A stretch of DNA of 33,697 bases, from assembly GCA_041601225.1 (NCBI GenBank), contig JBFIIN010000001.1, forward strand, positions 1 through 33,697. Reading direction: 5' to 3'. This DNA comes from Oceanococcus sp. Lineage in GTDB: Bacteria > Pseudomonadota > Gammaproteobacteria > Nevskiales > Oceanococcaceae. Of the stretch, positions 1 to 8,913 are shown one piece after another. The notes under the pieces were generated by a model. That model saw nothing but the letters and a program-made list of their open reading frames with translations. It did not search any database and was not told the DNA's origin. The first letter of the stretch is position 1; each line of letters opens with the position of its first letter. The position numbers and the translations under genes were made by a program.

Positions 1-357
1 CCGACCGAGCGCGCCATTGAGGGACTCAAGGCCTTCATTGCCTACTAGCTCGGCGATCCACGCCGCGCCCGCATCGGCAGCGTGGAAAGCGTCGGGGTCA
101 GCAACGACATGGAACAGCGGCGCCGCAGGGTGATTCACGAGCTGGCCGGTCTGATATCCACAACGGCGGGTCAGCTGGCGGATGCGGGCGTCCTGACTCC
201 GCGGGATTTTCATCTGCCGGCGATTGCCCTGGTCGGCGCCAGCAACGAGTTGATCGTGGAGTGGTTCACCACCGATTCCCCGCTCACGGCAAATGACCTG
301 GCGCGGGAAATTGTGATCTTGTTTCGAGCCCTCATTGCCGGGTCACGTCCGCACTGA
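1..357 (+). pseudogene. TetR/AcrR-family regulator, C-terminal ligand-domain part. The 5' end is off-window and the frame is interrupted by an in-frame TAG at 46-48. Alternatively this is a 91-aa GTG-started remnant ORF at 82-357.
   Basis: Frame 1 reads PTERAIEGLKAFIAY-TAG-LGDPRRARIGSVESVGVSNDMEQRRRRVIHELAGLI...IVEWFTT...LFRALIAG. The sequence on both sides of the stop looks like one continuous helical TetR C-terminal domain. No DNA-binding HTH is visible because the N-terminus lies outside the window. Confidence 0.4.
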
Positions 358-685
358 GCCTAGCCGACCGTAACGGGTAGAGAAGATCCGCAGATCAACG
401 ACCGCAGGCGTGGCGCGACCATTGACGACCCGCTCGCCGGCTCCACGGTGATCGCTGCACCGATCGCACGGGCCAGACCATCTGGGGTCACCGGCATCGG
501 GACTGCGCCGGCCCTTTTCCGGCGCCAGACCCAGGCAAGTCCGCGCAATCTCGCCCGCCTGCAATTGCCGCAACTCCGGGTCGTGATACCCGGGCACGCG
601 CGGACTGCGTAAAGTGCAAGCCCGCACGGCGGCGCCTCGGGAGTGACCCGGCCCAGGGTCGTGCCGGGAGGAGAATTTCCACCAC

Positions 686-1717
686 ATGAACATCATCGAA
701 TTAGCCGAACAGGGCCGAATTCCAGATCCGCTTATCCGCTGGGGCGTTCGTCGGATTAGCCGCAACCGCCTGCGGGATGAATACCGGTCCAATGCGCAAA
801 CACGCGCGGAAATCTTGGACAAGCGCCTGAGGAGCTGGAGGGAAAGCCCGATTGCCGTCGCCACCAGTGCGGCCAATGCACAGCACTACGCGATCCCGGT
901 CGAGTTCTTCCACACCACCCTGGGGCCGCTTCTGAAATACAGCTGCTGCCTGTGGGATACCGGAACGGTGACCCTCGAGGGCGCCGAGGTGGCCATGCTG
1001 GAACTCTACGCGCAGCGAGCAAAACTTGCCGACGGTCAGAGCGTCCTCGACCTGGGTTGCGGCTGGGGTTCGTTCACGCTCTGGGCTGCAGCCCGATACC
1101 CGCATGCATCAGTTCTCGCGGTCTCCAATTCAGGCGATCAGAAACGCTATATCGACGCCCGCGCAGCCGAGCGCGGCCTGAGCAATGTGGAGGTGATCAC
1201 CGCGGACATCAATGACTTTGAGCCGATGGCTCGGTTTGACCGCATCGTGTCCATCGAGATGATGGAACATGTGCGCAATCACGCACTGCTGTTTCAGCGC
1301 ATCCGGCGATGGCTGCTGGCCGACGGGCTCCTGTTCAGCCAGGTCTTCTGCCACCGCGAACTGGCCTATCCCTACGAAGACCAGGGCGACAGCGACTGGA
1401 TGTCCCGCCATTTCTTCAGCGGCGGCATGATGCCCAGCTATGACCTGTTCCTGCTTTACCAGGACGACCTGAGAGTGCAGCAGCGCTGGTGGCTGTCCGG
1501 CAAGCATTACACGAGCACCAGCAATGCCTGGCTGCTGCGCCTGGATGCCAGCCGGGAGCAGTTGCTGGCGCTGTTCGCCCGCGACCTGCCTGCCGCCGAA
1601 GCCCGAACCCGGTTGCAGCGCTGGCGCATGTTTTACCTGGCAGTTGCTGAGTTCTTCGCCCTGGACCAGGGTACCCAATGGGGTGTCGGCCACTATCTTT
1701 TTACCCGTAAACCCTGA
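686..1717 (+). CDS. SAM-dependent methyltransferase of the cyclopropane-fatty-acyl-phospholipid synthase (CMAS) family
   Basis: 343 aa. It carries the SAM-binding motif VLDLGCGWGSFTLWAA and has a CMAS-like N- and C-terminal layout. A GGAGGA RBS lies about 10 nt upstream of the ATG. It is followed by a DUF2878-like gene, as in known cfa-like clusters. Confidence 0.85.
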   Translation: MNIIELAEQGRIPDPLIRWGVRRISRNRLRDEYRSNAQTRAEILDKRLRSWRESPIAVATSAANAQHYAIPVEFFHTTLGPLLKYSCCLWDTGTVTLEGAEVAMLELYAQRAKLADGQSVLDLGCGWGSFTLWAAARYPHASVLAVSNSGDQKRYIDARAAERGLSNVEVITADINDFEPMARFDRIVSIEMMEHVRNHALLFQRIRRWLLADGLLFSQVFCHRELAYPYEDQGDSDWMSRHFFSGGMMPSYDLFLLYQDDLRVQQRWWLSGKHYTSTSNAWLLRLDASREQLLALFARDLPAAEARTRLQRWRMFYLAVAEFFALDQGTQWGVGHYLFTRKP

Positions 1718-1755
1718 CGAACTGCTATCTTCAGAGCAGCTTCTGGGACACCCTC

Positions 1756-2292
1756 ATGCCCACATTGCTCAATTTAGCTGCGTTCAACGTGCTGTGGCTG
1801 GTGATTGTCAGTTCGGCCTACATGCACCAGGACGCCTTTGGGCTGGTCACCTTGCTGCTGTGGGTGGGCATCCATTTCCGCTACAGCCGTTGCCCCGGAT
1901 CAGATTTCCGCCTGATCGTGGTGGCCCTGTTATTTGGAGCCCTGATCGATACCGCGCTGATCCAGGCCGGATTGATCCGCTACCCCGGCTACAGTCCCGT
2001 GGCTGGATTTCCGCCGCTATGGATTTACGGCATGTGGGTTAACTTTGCGCTCATCGTGAATCACGCGCTCAGGTGGCTGCACGGTCGCTATGTGCTCGCC
2101 GCCGCCACGGGCGCGGTCATGGCCCCCGCAGCCTATTACGGTGGATCGGGCCTGGGCGCGGCCATCTTTACTGATCCAAGCGCGCTCACGCTGCTCGTTC
2201 TGGCCCTATGCTGGGCGGTGCTGCTGCCCGGCATGATCGCTCTTGCTGATCGCTCCCGGCAACCCGTGACGCAACGCCCGGCCCAAATCTAA
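1756..2292 (+). CDS. Polytopic membrane protein, probably DUF2878 family
   Basis: 178 aa with 4-5 hydrophobic helices (LLNLAAFNVLWLVIV, LVTLLLWVGIHF, LIVVALLFGALI, LTLLVLALCWAVLLPGMIAL). It sits directly downstream of a CFA-synthase-like gene, which is typical for DUF2878. The family assignment is from memory, not from a search. Confidence 0.6.
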   Translation: MPTLLNLAAFNVLWLVIVSSAYMHQDAFGLVTLLLWVGIHFRYSRCPGSDFRLIVVALLFGALIDTALIQAGLIRYPGYSPVAGFPPLWIYGMWVNFALIVNHALRWLHGRYVLAAATGAVMAPAAYYGGSGLGAAIFTDPSALTLLVLALCWAVLLPGMIALADRSRQPVTQRPAQI

Positions 2293-2694
2293 GCCGGCAC
2301 TCACGCGGAGCGCGCGGAAGTGGTCCCGCGATGTCTGGTGGTGAACGGCACTCTGCGCGACACGACCAGGCGTAGGTCCTTGGGTGGCCCTTGCAAAAGG
2401 CTGGCTTTGTCGCGCGCCGGCAGCGACCGGTCCCCGACCCGCGATATCCGGCTGCGACGGCGAAACAGCAGGCCTGTGCGCCGCAGACTGTAGCTTCGCA
2501 CAGACCGTCAGACGGCAGAGGCCCGCACTGACAGCGGCGATACGCGCCGGTCGCGGCGGCGCCGCACGGCCGTCCGTCAGTCCCTGAGCCTCCTCTGGCC
2601 GCACGTGCAATTCCCGCCTTCGACGGCGACTGCTAGACTGACGGCGCTTGGATTGTAGGATCGGCGCGCTCACTCCGCAGAGGGCATTAAAGGC

Positions 2695-3114
2695 ATGCAG
2701 GCAACACGCAGACACCTAACGGTGATGGTGGCATTGCTCCTCATCATCGGCAACGCTTCGGCCGGCGTCTATCGCTGGGTCGATGAGCAAGGCCAGGTCC
2801 ATTATGGTGACAAACCCCCGCCCGGCGCGGAACCCGTCCAGACCCGGTTACCGTCCCTGAGTGGCCGCCCAGCCGCCGCCGCAGAAGACACCGACGAAGA
2901 GGAGACCGGGAACATTGATCCCGCAGTGGCTCTCCAGCAATGCACTGCGGCGCGCGAGCTGCTGTTCAGCTATGAGCAAGCACCCAGACTGATGAAACAG
3001 ACCTCGCTCGGCGAGCAGGGCGAACTGACTGCTCAGGAGCGCGACCAGTTGCTGGCCATACAGCGTGGCAAGGTCGCGGACGCCTGCAACGAGAGCGCCG
3101 CCCCCGATTCCTGA
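2695..3114 (+). CDS. DUF4124 domain-containing secreted protein
   Basis: 139 aa. It has a signal peptide (MVALLLIIGNASAG) followed by the DUF4124 signature VYRWVDEQGQVHYGDKPP. Confidence 0.75.
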   Translation: MQATRRHLTVMVALLLIIGNASAGVYRWVDEQGQVHYGDKPPPGAEPVQTRLPSLSGRPAAAAEDTDEEETGNIDPAVALQQCTAARELLFSYEQAPRLMKQTSLGEQGELTAQERDQLLAIQRGKVADACNESAAPDS

Positions 3115-3122
3115 GCGGTTGC

Positions 3123-3145
3123 AGCGCTGCACTCGTTGCAGCGCT
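3123..3145. terminator. Perfect 9-bp stem / 5-nt loop hairpin between the convergent DUF4124 gene and speE; candidate bidirectional terminator
   Basis: AGCGCTGCA (3123-3131), loop CTCGT, TGCAGCGCT (3137-3145). The same region also gives an 11-bp direct repeat GTTGCAGCGCT at 3118-3128 and 3135-3145. There is no strong U-tract on either side, so intrinsic terminator function is uncertain. Confidence 0.45.
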
Positions 3146-3219
3146 CTTCACACATGGCCCGCCCCTGTTGTTGTGCGGGGTGTACCGGTCGCTTCGTTCC
3201 CACCCCGCCCCGCACGGAA

Positions 3220-4071
3220 TCAGCCCAGGGCCTCCCGCACAAAATTCGGCTGCGCCCAGCAGGCTGCATGAATTTCAGCGTTGTAGTACTTGGTGGTGGC
3301 ACTCAGCCGGGCAAGGCGCCCGGCCTGCGGCGCGGGCACCTCGGATCCCTTGATCGCCACCGTGGCCGACCACCAGCCGGACGGGTACACCGGCTGCGGA
3401 AACTGAAGCAACTCGGTGTGACCGAAACCAACGCCGCGCAGCGCCTGATGAACCTCGCGAATCAGGTCCAGGTGAAGCATGGGCGACTCGGTTTGCTGCA
3501 CCAGCATTCCGCCCGCGGCCAGCGCCCGCTCGCAATCCGCATAGAATGCGGCGTTGAACAAACCCTCGGCCGGCCCGACCGGATCGGTGCTGTCGACCAG
3601 GATCAGGTCCAGGCTCTGGTCAGGGGCCTCGCGCACATAAGCGATGCCGTCATCGAACAGGAGTTGCGCGCGCGGGTCGTCATTGGATTCACACAGACCC
3701 GGGAAATATTCCTCCGCCAGCCGGGTGACCCGCTCGTCAATCTCAACCTGAACCGCGCTTTCCACTTCAGGATGGCGCAGAACTTCGCGCAGGGTGCCGC
3801 AGTCTCCACCGCCGATGACCAGTACGCGGCGCGGCGCGGAATGCGCGCACAGAGCCGGGTGGGTCAGCATTTCGTGATACAAGAAATTGTCGCGATCCGT
3901 GAGCATCACGCAGCCATCGATGACCATGAGGCGGCCAAAGCTTGCCGTGTCATAGATTTCGAGGTGCTGAAAAGCGCTTTGCTCGGCATGCAGCAACCGG
4001 CCTAACTTGAGGCCAAACGCCGTACCACAACTTTCCACGCGCTCGGTGAACCATTCGTGTTCGTTTACCAT
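3220..4071 (-). CDS. speE: Spermidine synthase (polyamine aminopropyltransferase)
   Basis: 283 aa. The N-terminus WFTE...FGLK...LHAEQSAFQHLEIYDT..FGRLMVIDG..MLTDRDNFLYHEMLTHP and the motif VLVIGGGDCGTLREVLRH are characteristic of SpeE. Confidence 0.9.
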   Translation of the reverse strand: MVNEHEWFTERVESCGTAFGLKLGRLLHAEQSAFQHLEIYDTASFGRLMVIDGCVMLTDRDNFLYHEMLTHPALCAHSAPRRVLVIGGGDCGTLREVLRHPEVESAVQVEIDERVTRLAEEYFPGLCESNDDPRAQLLFDDGIAYVREAPDQSLDLILVDSTDPVGPAEGLFNAAFYADCERALAAGGMLVQQTESPMLHLDLIREVHQALRGVGFGHTELLQFPQPVYPSGWWSATVAIKGSEVPAPQAGRLARLSATTKYYNAEIHAACWAQPNFVREALG

Positions 4072-4184
4072 GCCGACCTGTTCTTAGCAGTTGAGGAGCC
4101 AGCCGCTCTGGCGGGTCTGGCATGAGAGCTTCGGGTCGGAGATGTCTCGGGCCGACACCCACCCATTGCGAGTCGGAATTATAG

Positions 4185-6059
4185 ATGCGTAGCAGCAATT
4201 GGACAGCAGCCGACGCCGAACGGCTCTACAACATGCCGGCCTGGGGCGCGGGCTATTTTCGTGTCGACGCGCACGGCTGCGTTGCCGTTGGCCAGCCCGG
4301 CGAGGCGCCATCCGTCGCCTTGAGTGCGATCGTTACAGGCGCTCGCCATGAGGGCCTGCGCTTGCCCCTGCTTCTGCGCTTCGACCACATTCTCGAAGAT
4401 CGGGTGCGGCAGCTTTGCCGGGCCTTTGATCAGGCGATTGCGGGTCACGCGTACGCAGGCCGGTATACCGCGGTCTACCCCATCAAGGTTAACCAGCAGG
4501 CCGCCGTGGTTGAGCGGATTTTGGCCGCGGGCGAGCAGCGCATCGGCCTGGAAGCTGGCAGCAAACCCGAGTTGATGGCGGTGCTGGGGCTACTGCCCGT
4601 CGGCGGACAGATAATCTGTAACGGCTACAAGGACAAAGAGTATGTGCGGCTGGCGCTGATCGGACAGCAGCTGGGGCATCGGGTGACCCTGGTGGTAGAA
4701 AAGCTGTCGGAACTGGCCCTGGTCATGGCCCAGGCTGCCGAATTGGGGATCGAGCCCCGACTCGGGTTGCGAATCCGGCTGGCGAGCATAGGCGCGGGCC
4801 ACTGGCAGAATACCGGAGGCGAAAAATCCAAGTTCGGGCTCTCGGCCAGCCAGATCGAAGCTGCGGTCGCGCAGCTGGAGAGCGCCGGCAAACTTCACTG
4901 GCTGCAATTGCTGCATTTTCATCTGGGTTCGCAGGTCGCCAATTTGCGCGATATTCAGGGCGGCCTGCGCGAAGCGGCGCAGTACTACGTCGAGTTGCGC
5001 AAACGCGGCGCGCCGCTGGACGCCGTGGATGTCGGCGGCGGCCTTGGCGTGGATTACGAAGGCACGCGCTCACGCAGTTACTGCTCGATGAATTACGGCC
5101 TGGCCGATTACGCCCAAGCGGTGGTGCAGGCGCTGGCCCGGGTCTGCGCCCAGCACGAGCTGCCCGCTCCGGACCTGATCTCGGAGTCCGGCCGCGCATT
5201 GACCGCCCACCACGCCGTCCTTATTACCAATGTCATCGACTGCGAACCCGCCCAGCGACCTGCGGTTCATGCCCCCGCGGTCGGCGCCCCGACCTGGCTG
5301 ATGGACATGTGGGAGCTATGCCAGAACCAGGCGCACAGCCCACCTCTCGAGCGCCTGCAGGACATACAGGCCTTGCTGGGCCAGGCGCTGCAGGGCTTCG
5401 CGCGCGGCGAAGTCAGCCTGCAGGACCGGGCGCAGGCCGAAACCCTGTACCGTGCCACCGCCTTCGCGGTCGCGGACGAGTTGAACCCGGCCGCGCGCGC
5501 CCATCGCGACGCCTTGGACGAGTTGCACGAAAAGCTGGCCGACAAATTTTTCTGCAATTTCTCGGTATTTCAATCGCTTCCAGATGTGTGGGCGATCAAG
5601 CAGGTGTTCCCAATCGTGCCCCTGGACCGCCTCAGGGAACGGCCAGATCGCCGCGCCCTGATTCGCGACCTCACCTGTGATTCAGATGGCCGGATCGATC
5701 ATTACGTGGATCAGGATGGGGTGGAAAGCAGCCTTCCCGTACACGGCCTCAATGACCAGACCTATTTGCTGGGCTTCTTCCTGGTTGGCGCCTACCAGGA
5801 AATCCTCGGCGACATGCACAATCTGTTCGGCGACACGGACGCCGCCAATGTTGCGCTCGACGGCGACGGCTGGCAGTTGCGGGACATTGAAAGGGGCGAC
5901 CGCACCGACGAGCTGCTGGCTTACGTGCATCTGTCGCCCGATGCCCTGCGATCGGCCTATGAGCACAAGCTCGACGCCAGTGCGCTTGATCTCGCGCAGC
6001 GCGAAACCTACCTCAACGAACTCCGCTCCGGCCTGCTCGGATATACCTACCTGGCCTGA
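4185..6059 (+). CDS. speA: Biosynthetic arginine decarboxylase
   Basis: 624 aa. The SpeA-type N-terminus is WTAADAERLYNMPAWGAGYFRVDAHG. It has PLP-dependent group IV decarboxylase features (YPIKVNQQ, HFHLGSQ, DVGGGLGVDYEG). It is divergent from speE. Confidence 0.92.
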   Translation: MRSSNWTAADAERLYNMPAWGAGYFRVDAHGCVAVGQPGEAPSVALSAIVTGARHEGLRLPLLLRFDHILEDRVRQLCRAFDQAIAGHAYAGRYTAVYPIKVNQQAAVVERILAAGEQRIGLEAGSKPELMAVLGLLPVGGQIICNGYKDKEYVRLALIGQQLGHRVTLVVEKLSELALVMAQAAELGIEPRLGLRIRLASIGAGHWQNTGGEKSKFGLSASQIEAAVAQLESAGKLHWLQLLHFHLGSQVANLRDIQGGLREAAQYYVELRKRGAPLDAVDVGGGLGVDYEGTRSRSYCSMNYGLADYAQAVVQALARVCAQHELPAPDLISESGRALTAHHAVLITNVIDCEPAQRPAVHAPAVGAPTWLMDMWELCQNQAHSPPLERLQDIQALLGQALQGFARGEVSLQDRAQAETLYRATAFAVADELNPAARAHRDALDELHEKLADKFFCNFSVFQSLPDVWAIKQVFPIVPLDRLRERPDRRALIRDLTCDSDGRIDHYVDQDGVESSLPVHGLNDQTYLLGFFLVGAYQEILGDMHNLFGDTDAANVALDGDGWQLRDIERGDRTDELLAYVHLSPDALRSAYEHKLDASALDLAQRETYLNELRSGLLGYTYLA

Positions 6060-6072
6060 GCCGGCGAATGGC

Positions 6073-7890
6073 TTACTCGCCGCCGCGCGCAGCCTTCTTG
6101 CGCTCGTGCTCCTTCAGAAAACGCTTGCGCACGCGCAGGGATTTCGGGGTCACTTCGACCAGCTCATCATCGTTGATGAATTCCAGGGCCTGCTCTAGGG
6201 TGAGGCGCACCGGCGGGGTCAGCACGATGTTTTCGTCGGTGCCGGAGGCCCGCATGTTGGTGAGCTTCTTGGCCTTCAGCACGTTGACGACCAGATCGTT
6301 GTCGCGGGAATGGATGCCCACCACCTGGCCTTCGTAAACCTGCTCGCCATGGCCCAGCAGCATACGACCCCGCTCCTGCAGGTTGAACAGCGCGAAGCCC
6401 AGCACCTTGCCGGTTTCGTTGGCGATCAGGACCCCGTTATGGCGACTGCCAATGGCCATCTCGACTTCCGGGCCAAAATGGTCGAAGTTATGCGCGAGCA
6501 GGCCGGTACCTGAGGTGGTTGAGAGGAAATCGGTCTGAAAGCCGATCAGGCCACGCGACGGAATGCTGTATTCCAGACGCACCCGTCCCTTGCCGTCTGG
6601 CACCATGTTCTGCATCCGCCCGCCGCGTTCCGACAGGGCCTGGATCACGCTGCCCTGATGTTCGTCTTCAACATCGGCGGTGAGCGCCTCGAAAGGCTCG
6701 TGCAAAACGCCATCGACGTCCTTGCGAATCACCTGGGGCCGCGACACCGCCAGCTCGAAGCCTTCGCGGCGCATGTTCTCTATCAGAATTGACAGATGCA
6801 GCAGTCCACGCCCGGAAACGCGGAATTTGTCCGGGTCGGCGGTTGGCTCGACCCGCAACGCCACATTCACCTTCAACTCGCGCTGCAGGCGTTCACCCAC
6901 CTGACGGCTGGTGAGGTACTTGCCTTCCTTGCCGGCAAAGGGGGATTTGTTAACCTCGAAGGTCATGGACATGGTCGGCTCATCCACTTCCAGCAACGGC
7001 AGCAGTTCGGGCTGTGACGGATGACAAACCGTCTCGGAAATGCTGATGTTCTCGATGCCGGTGAGCGCCACTATGTGTCCCGCACCGGCTTCTGCGACCT
7101 CGACCCGCTGCAGACCATGGAAGCCCAGGACCTGCAGAATTTTGGCGTTGCGCTTGCTGCCGTCGCGCGCAACCACGGTCACGGGCATGTTGGCCCGCAC
7201 CTGGCCGCGCTTGATCCGCCCGATGCCGATCACACCGACATACGATGAGTAATCCAGTGAGGTGATCTGCATCTGAAACGGGCCTTGGGCATCCACATCC
7301 GGCGGGGCCACCTGATCAACGACCGTCTGAAACAGCGGCGTCATATCGCCCTCGCGGACGTCTGAGTCAAGGCCCGCATAGCCCTGCAAAGCTGAGGCGT
7401 AGATGACCGGGAAATCCAGTTGCTCGTCGGTGGCGCCGAGCTTGTCAAACAGGTCGAAGACCTGGTCAACAACCCAGTCCGGGCGCGCACCATCGCGATC
7501 AATCTTGTTGATCACCACGATGGGCTTCAGACCCAGCGCAAAGGCTTTACTGGTCACGAAACGGGTTTGCGGCATGGGCCCATCCACCGCGTCCACCAGC
7601 AGCAGCACGGAATCCACCATCGACAGCACCCGTTCGACTTCGCCACCGAAGTCGGCATGGCCGGGGGTGTCAACGATGCTTATCCGGTAATCGTGCCACC
7701 GGATCGCGGTATTTTTGGACAGAATCGTGATTCCGCGCTCGCGCTCGATATCATTCGAATCCATGATTCGCTCGCCCGTCTCCTTGCGGTCGTCCAGGGT
7801 TCCGGACTGGCGCAGGAGCTGATCGACCAGCGTAGTTTTGCCGTGATCAACATGGGCGATGATCGCGATATTGCGGAGTTTGTCTGTCAT
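6073..7890 (-). CDS. typA: Translational (ribosome-associated) GTPase TypA/BipA
   Basis: 605 aa from the ATG at 7890 ([23 protein letters not shown]). G-motifs [11 protein letters not shown] and NKID are present and the length is typical for TypA. The 103-codon upstream extension in the track ORF is Arg/Gly-rich and non-homologous. Confidence 0.93.
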   Translation of the reverse strand: MTDKLRNIAIIAHVDHGKTTLVDQLLRQSGTLDDRKETGERIMDSNDIERERGITILSKNTAIRWHDYRISIVDTPGHADFGGEVERVLSMVDSVLLLVDAVDGPMPQTRFVTSKAFALGLKPIVVINKIDRDGARPDWVVDQVFDLFDKLGATDEQLDFPVIYASALQGYAGLDSDVREGDMTPLFQTVVDQVAPPDVDAQGPFQMQITSLDYSSYVGVIGIGRIKRGQVRANMPVTVVARDGSKRNAKILQVLGFHGLQRVEVAEAGAGHIVALTGIENISISETVCHPSQPELLPLLEVDEPTMSMTFEVNKSPFAGKEGKYLTSRQVGERLQRELKVNVALRVEPTADPDKFRVSGRGLLHLSILIENMRREGFELAVSRPQVIRKDVDGVLHEPFEALTADVEDEHQGSVIQALSERGGRMQNMVPDGKGRVRLEYSIPSRGLIGFQTDFLSTTSGTGLLAHNFDHFGPEVEMAIGSRHNGVLIANETGKVLGFALFNLQERGRMLLGHGEQVYEGQVVGIHSRDNDLVVNVLKAKKLTNMRASGTDENIVLTPPVRLTLEQALEFINDDELVEVTPKSLRVRKRFLKEHERKKAARGGE

Positions 7891-8087
7891 ACCGGCGGGT
7901 AATGCGCAAAAAAGGTCGCGCAGTCTAGCGGAATGGTGGTTTTTTCGCTTGCGTTTGCAGCTTTCGCGGCCGGACCGTCCGCCGCGCGGGCATGCCACGT
8001 CGATTCGCATTTTTTTCACGCCCGCTGGCGCAGCCTCGTGCATGCTCGAGCTCATCCCGCAATGAGCCCCCGCAGGAGGTGGGCTTG

Positions 8088-8516
8088 ATGAACGCAATCT
8101 GGATTCTCGCCCTGACCCTGGCAACCCTGCTCGGAACAGCAATCGCCCTGCGTCGCTTGAACCGCCGCCGTCAGCCCGCGGGTTCCGGCAGCGCCTCATC
8201 CGGCTCCAACCCCTTTGCTTCGGTGAGCATCCTGGTCGGTGTCAATGCCTGCCCGAGCGCCCAGCGCCTGATCGGGCGCCGATTCGTGGCCGGCTCAGCC
8301 CCCTCCCTGCCCGTGGATGGCTGCCACGGGCGCGGCTGCCGCTGCCGATATCTGTACTTTTCCGACCGACGCGACGGCGACAGACGCGGCGCACGCCTCC
8401 AGCACCAGACCCAACGCGCTGCCTCCGGCCAGGCCGACCGGCGCGAGCAGGAAGACCGCCGGATCGGCAACAGCCACGCTCGGGCCGGGCAAGAAACGCG
8501 ACTTTACGGGCGCTAG
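8088..8516 (+). CDS. Hypothetical small membrane-anchored protein, Cys4 motif plus DRR-repeat tail (paralog 1)
   Basis: 142 aa from the ATG at 8088, which is preceded by AGGAGG at 8074-8079. It has an N-terminal hydrophobic helix (AIWILALTLATLLGTAIAL), then a basic linker. The core is alignable to the next ORF (PFxxVS..C.SA..R[FY][VL]A..AP.LP...C....C.C[RH]Y...DRR...DRR). Confidence 0.6.
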   Translation: MNAIWILALTLATLLGTAIALRRLNRRRQPAGSGSASSGSNPFASVSILVGVNACPSAQRLIGRRFVAGSAPSLPVDGCHGRGCRCRYLYFSDRRDGDRRGARLQHQTQRAASGQADRREQEDRRIGNSHARAGQETRLYGR

Positions 8517-8519
8517 ACG

Positions 8520-8909
8520 ATGGAGTTTCTCTTGGTGCTGTTGTTGCTCGTTGCGGCTGGCGCCCTGTACTTGCATCGCAGGCAAGCGCGGGCGCGGCCG
8601 AAACCCGCCAGGCCGGCCAAACGCGAAGCGCACCCGTTCCGGGCCGTCAGCGTGCAATACGAAACCGAATCCTGCATGTCGGCGCGCAAGATTACCGAGA
8701 AGCGCTACCTCGCCAGGGAAGCGCCACCGTTGCCGTTGCCCTGGTGTGAAGAGCGCAAATGCCCCTGTCATTACCGCTTCTACGATGATCGACGCGAACC
8801 CGGTGACCGCCGCTCAAGACATGGACGCCTGGCCGAGGATTTCTCGCAATCCCAGGTTTTCGCAGATCGCTCGCGCACCGATCGGCGCAGCAAACCCACG
8901 GTGCATTAA
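8520..8909 (+). CDS. Hypothetical small membrane-anchored protein, Cys4 motif plus DRR-repeat tail (paralog 2)
   Basis: 129 aa, starting 3 nt after the stop of paralog 1. It has an N-terminal helix (FLLVLLLLVAAGALYL), a basic linker, the same four conserved Cys positions and paired DRR motifs. I count about 24 identities over about 60 aligned residues with paralog 1 by eye. Confidence 0.6.
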   Translation: MEFLLVLLLLVAAGALYLHRRQARARPKPARPAKREAHPFRAVSVQYETESCMSARKITEKRYLAREAPPLPLPWCEERKCPCHYRFYDDRREPGDRRSRHGRLAEDFSQSQVFADRSRTDRRSKPTVH

Positions 8910-8913
8910 GCCG

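Noticed and set aside
358-685. 328-bp gap before the cfa-like gene, containing an ATG-less open frame (about 381-611) and several minus-strand track ORFs
   Set aside because: None of the translations resembles a protein family I recognise and all are Arg/Pro/Ala-rich. It could be a decayed gene remnant, but I cannot support any call.
3136-4005. 289-aa plus-strand ORF fully antisense to speE
   Set aside because: It is a typical high-GC shadow ORF. Its composition is Arg/Ala/Gly/Gln-rich, it has no recognisable motif or RBS, and the opposite strand encodes an unmistakable SpeE.
4118-4135. TGGCAT-N5-CTTCG in the speE/speA divergent spacer, considered as a sigma-54 promoter
   Set aside because: The -12 element does not match TTGC(A/T), and no enhancer-binding-protein context is present.
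7891-8199. 103-codon N-terminal extension of the typA track ORF. Similar 5' extensions occur for hemX (14849-15298), the SDR gene (18072-18695), DUF1329 (19672-19815), algR (12771-12809) and the PaaX-like gene (26384-26530).
   Set aside because: In each case the conserved family N-terminus begins at an internal ATG. The extensions are Arg/Pro/Gly-rich, and several overlap real genes on the same or the opposite strand.
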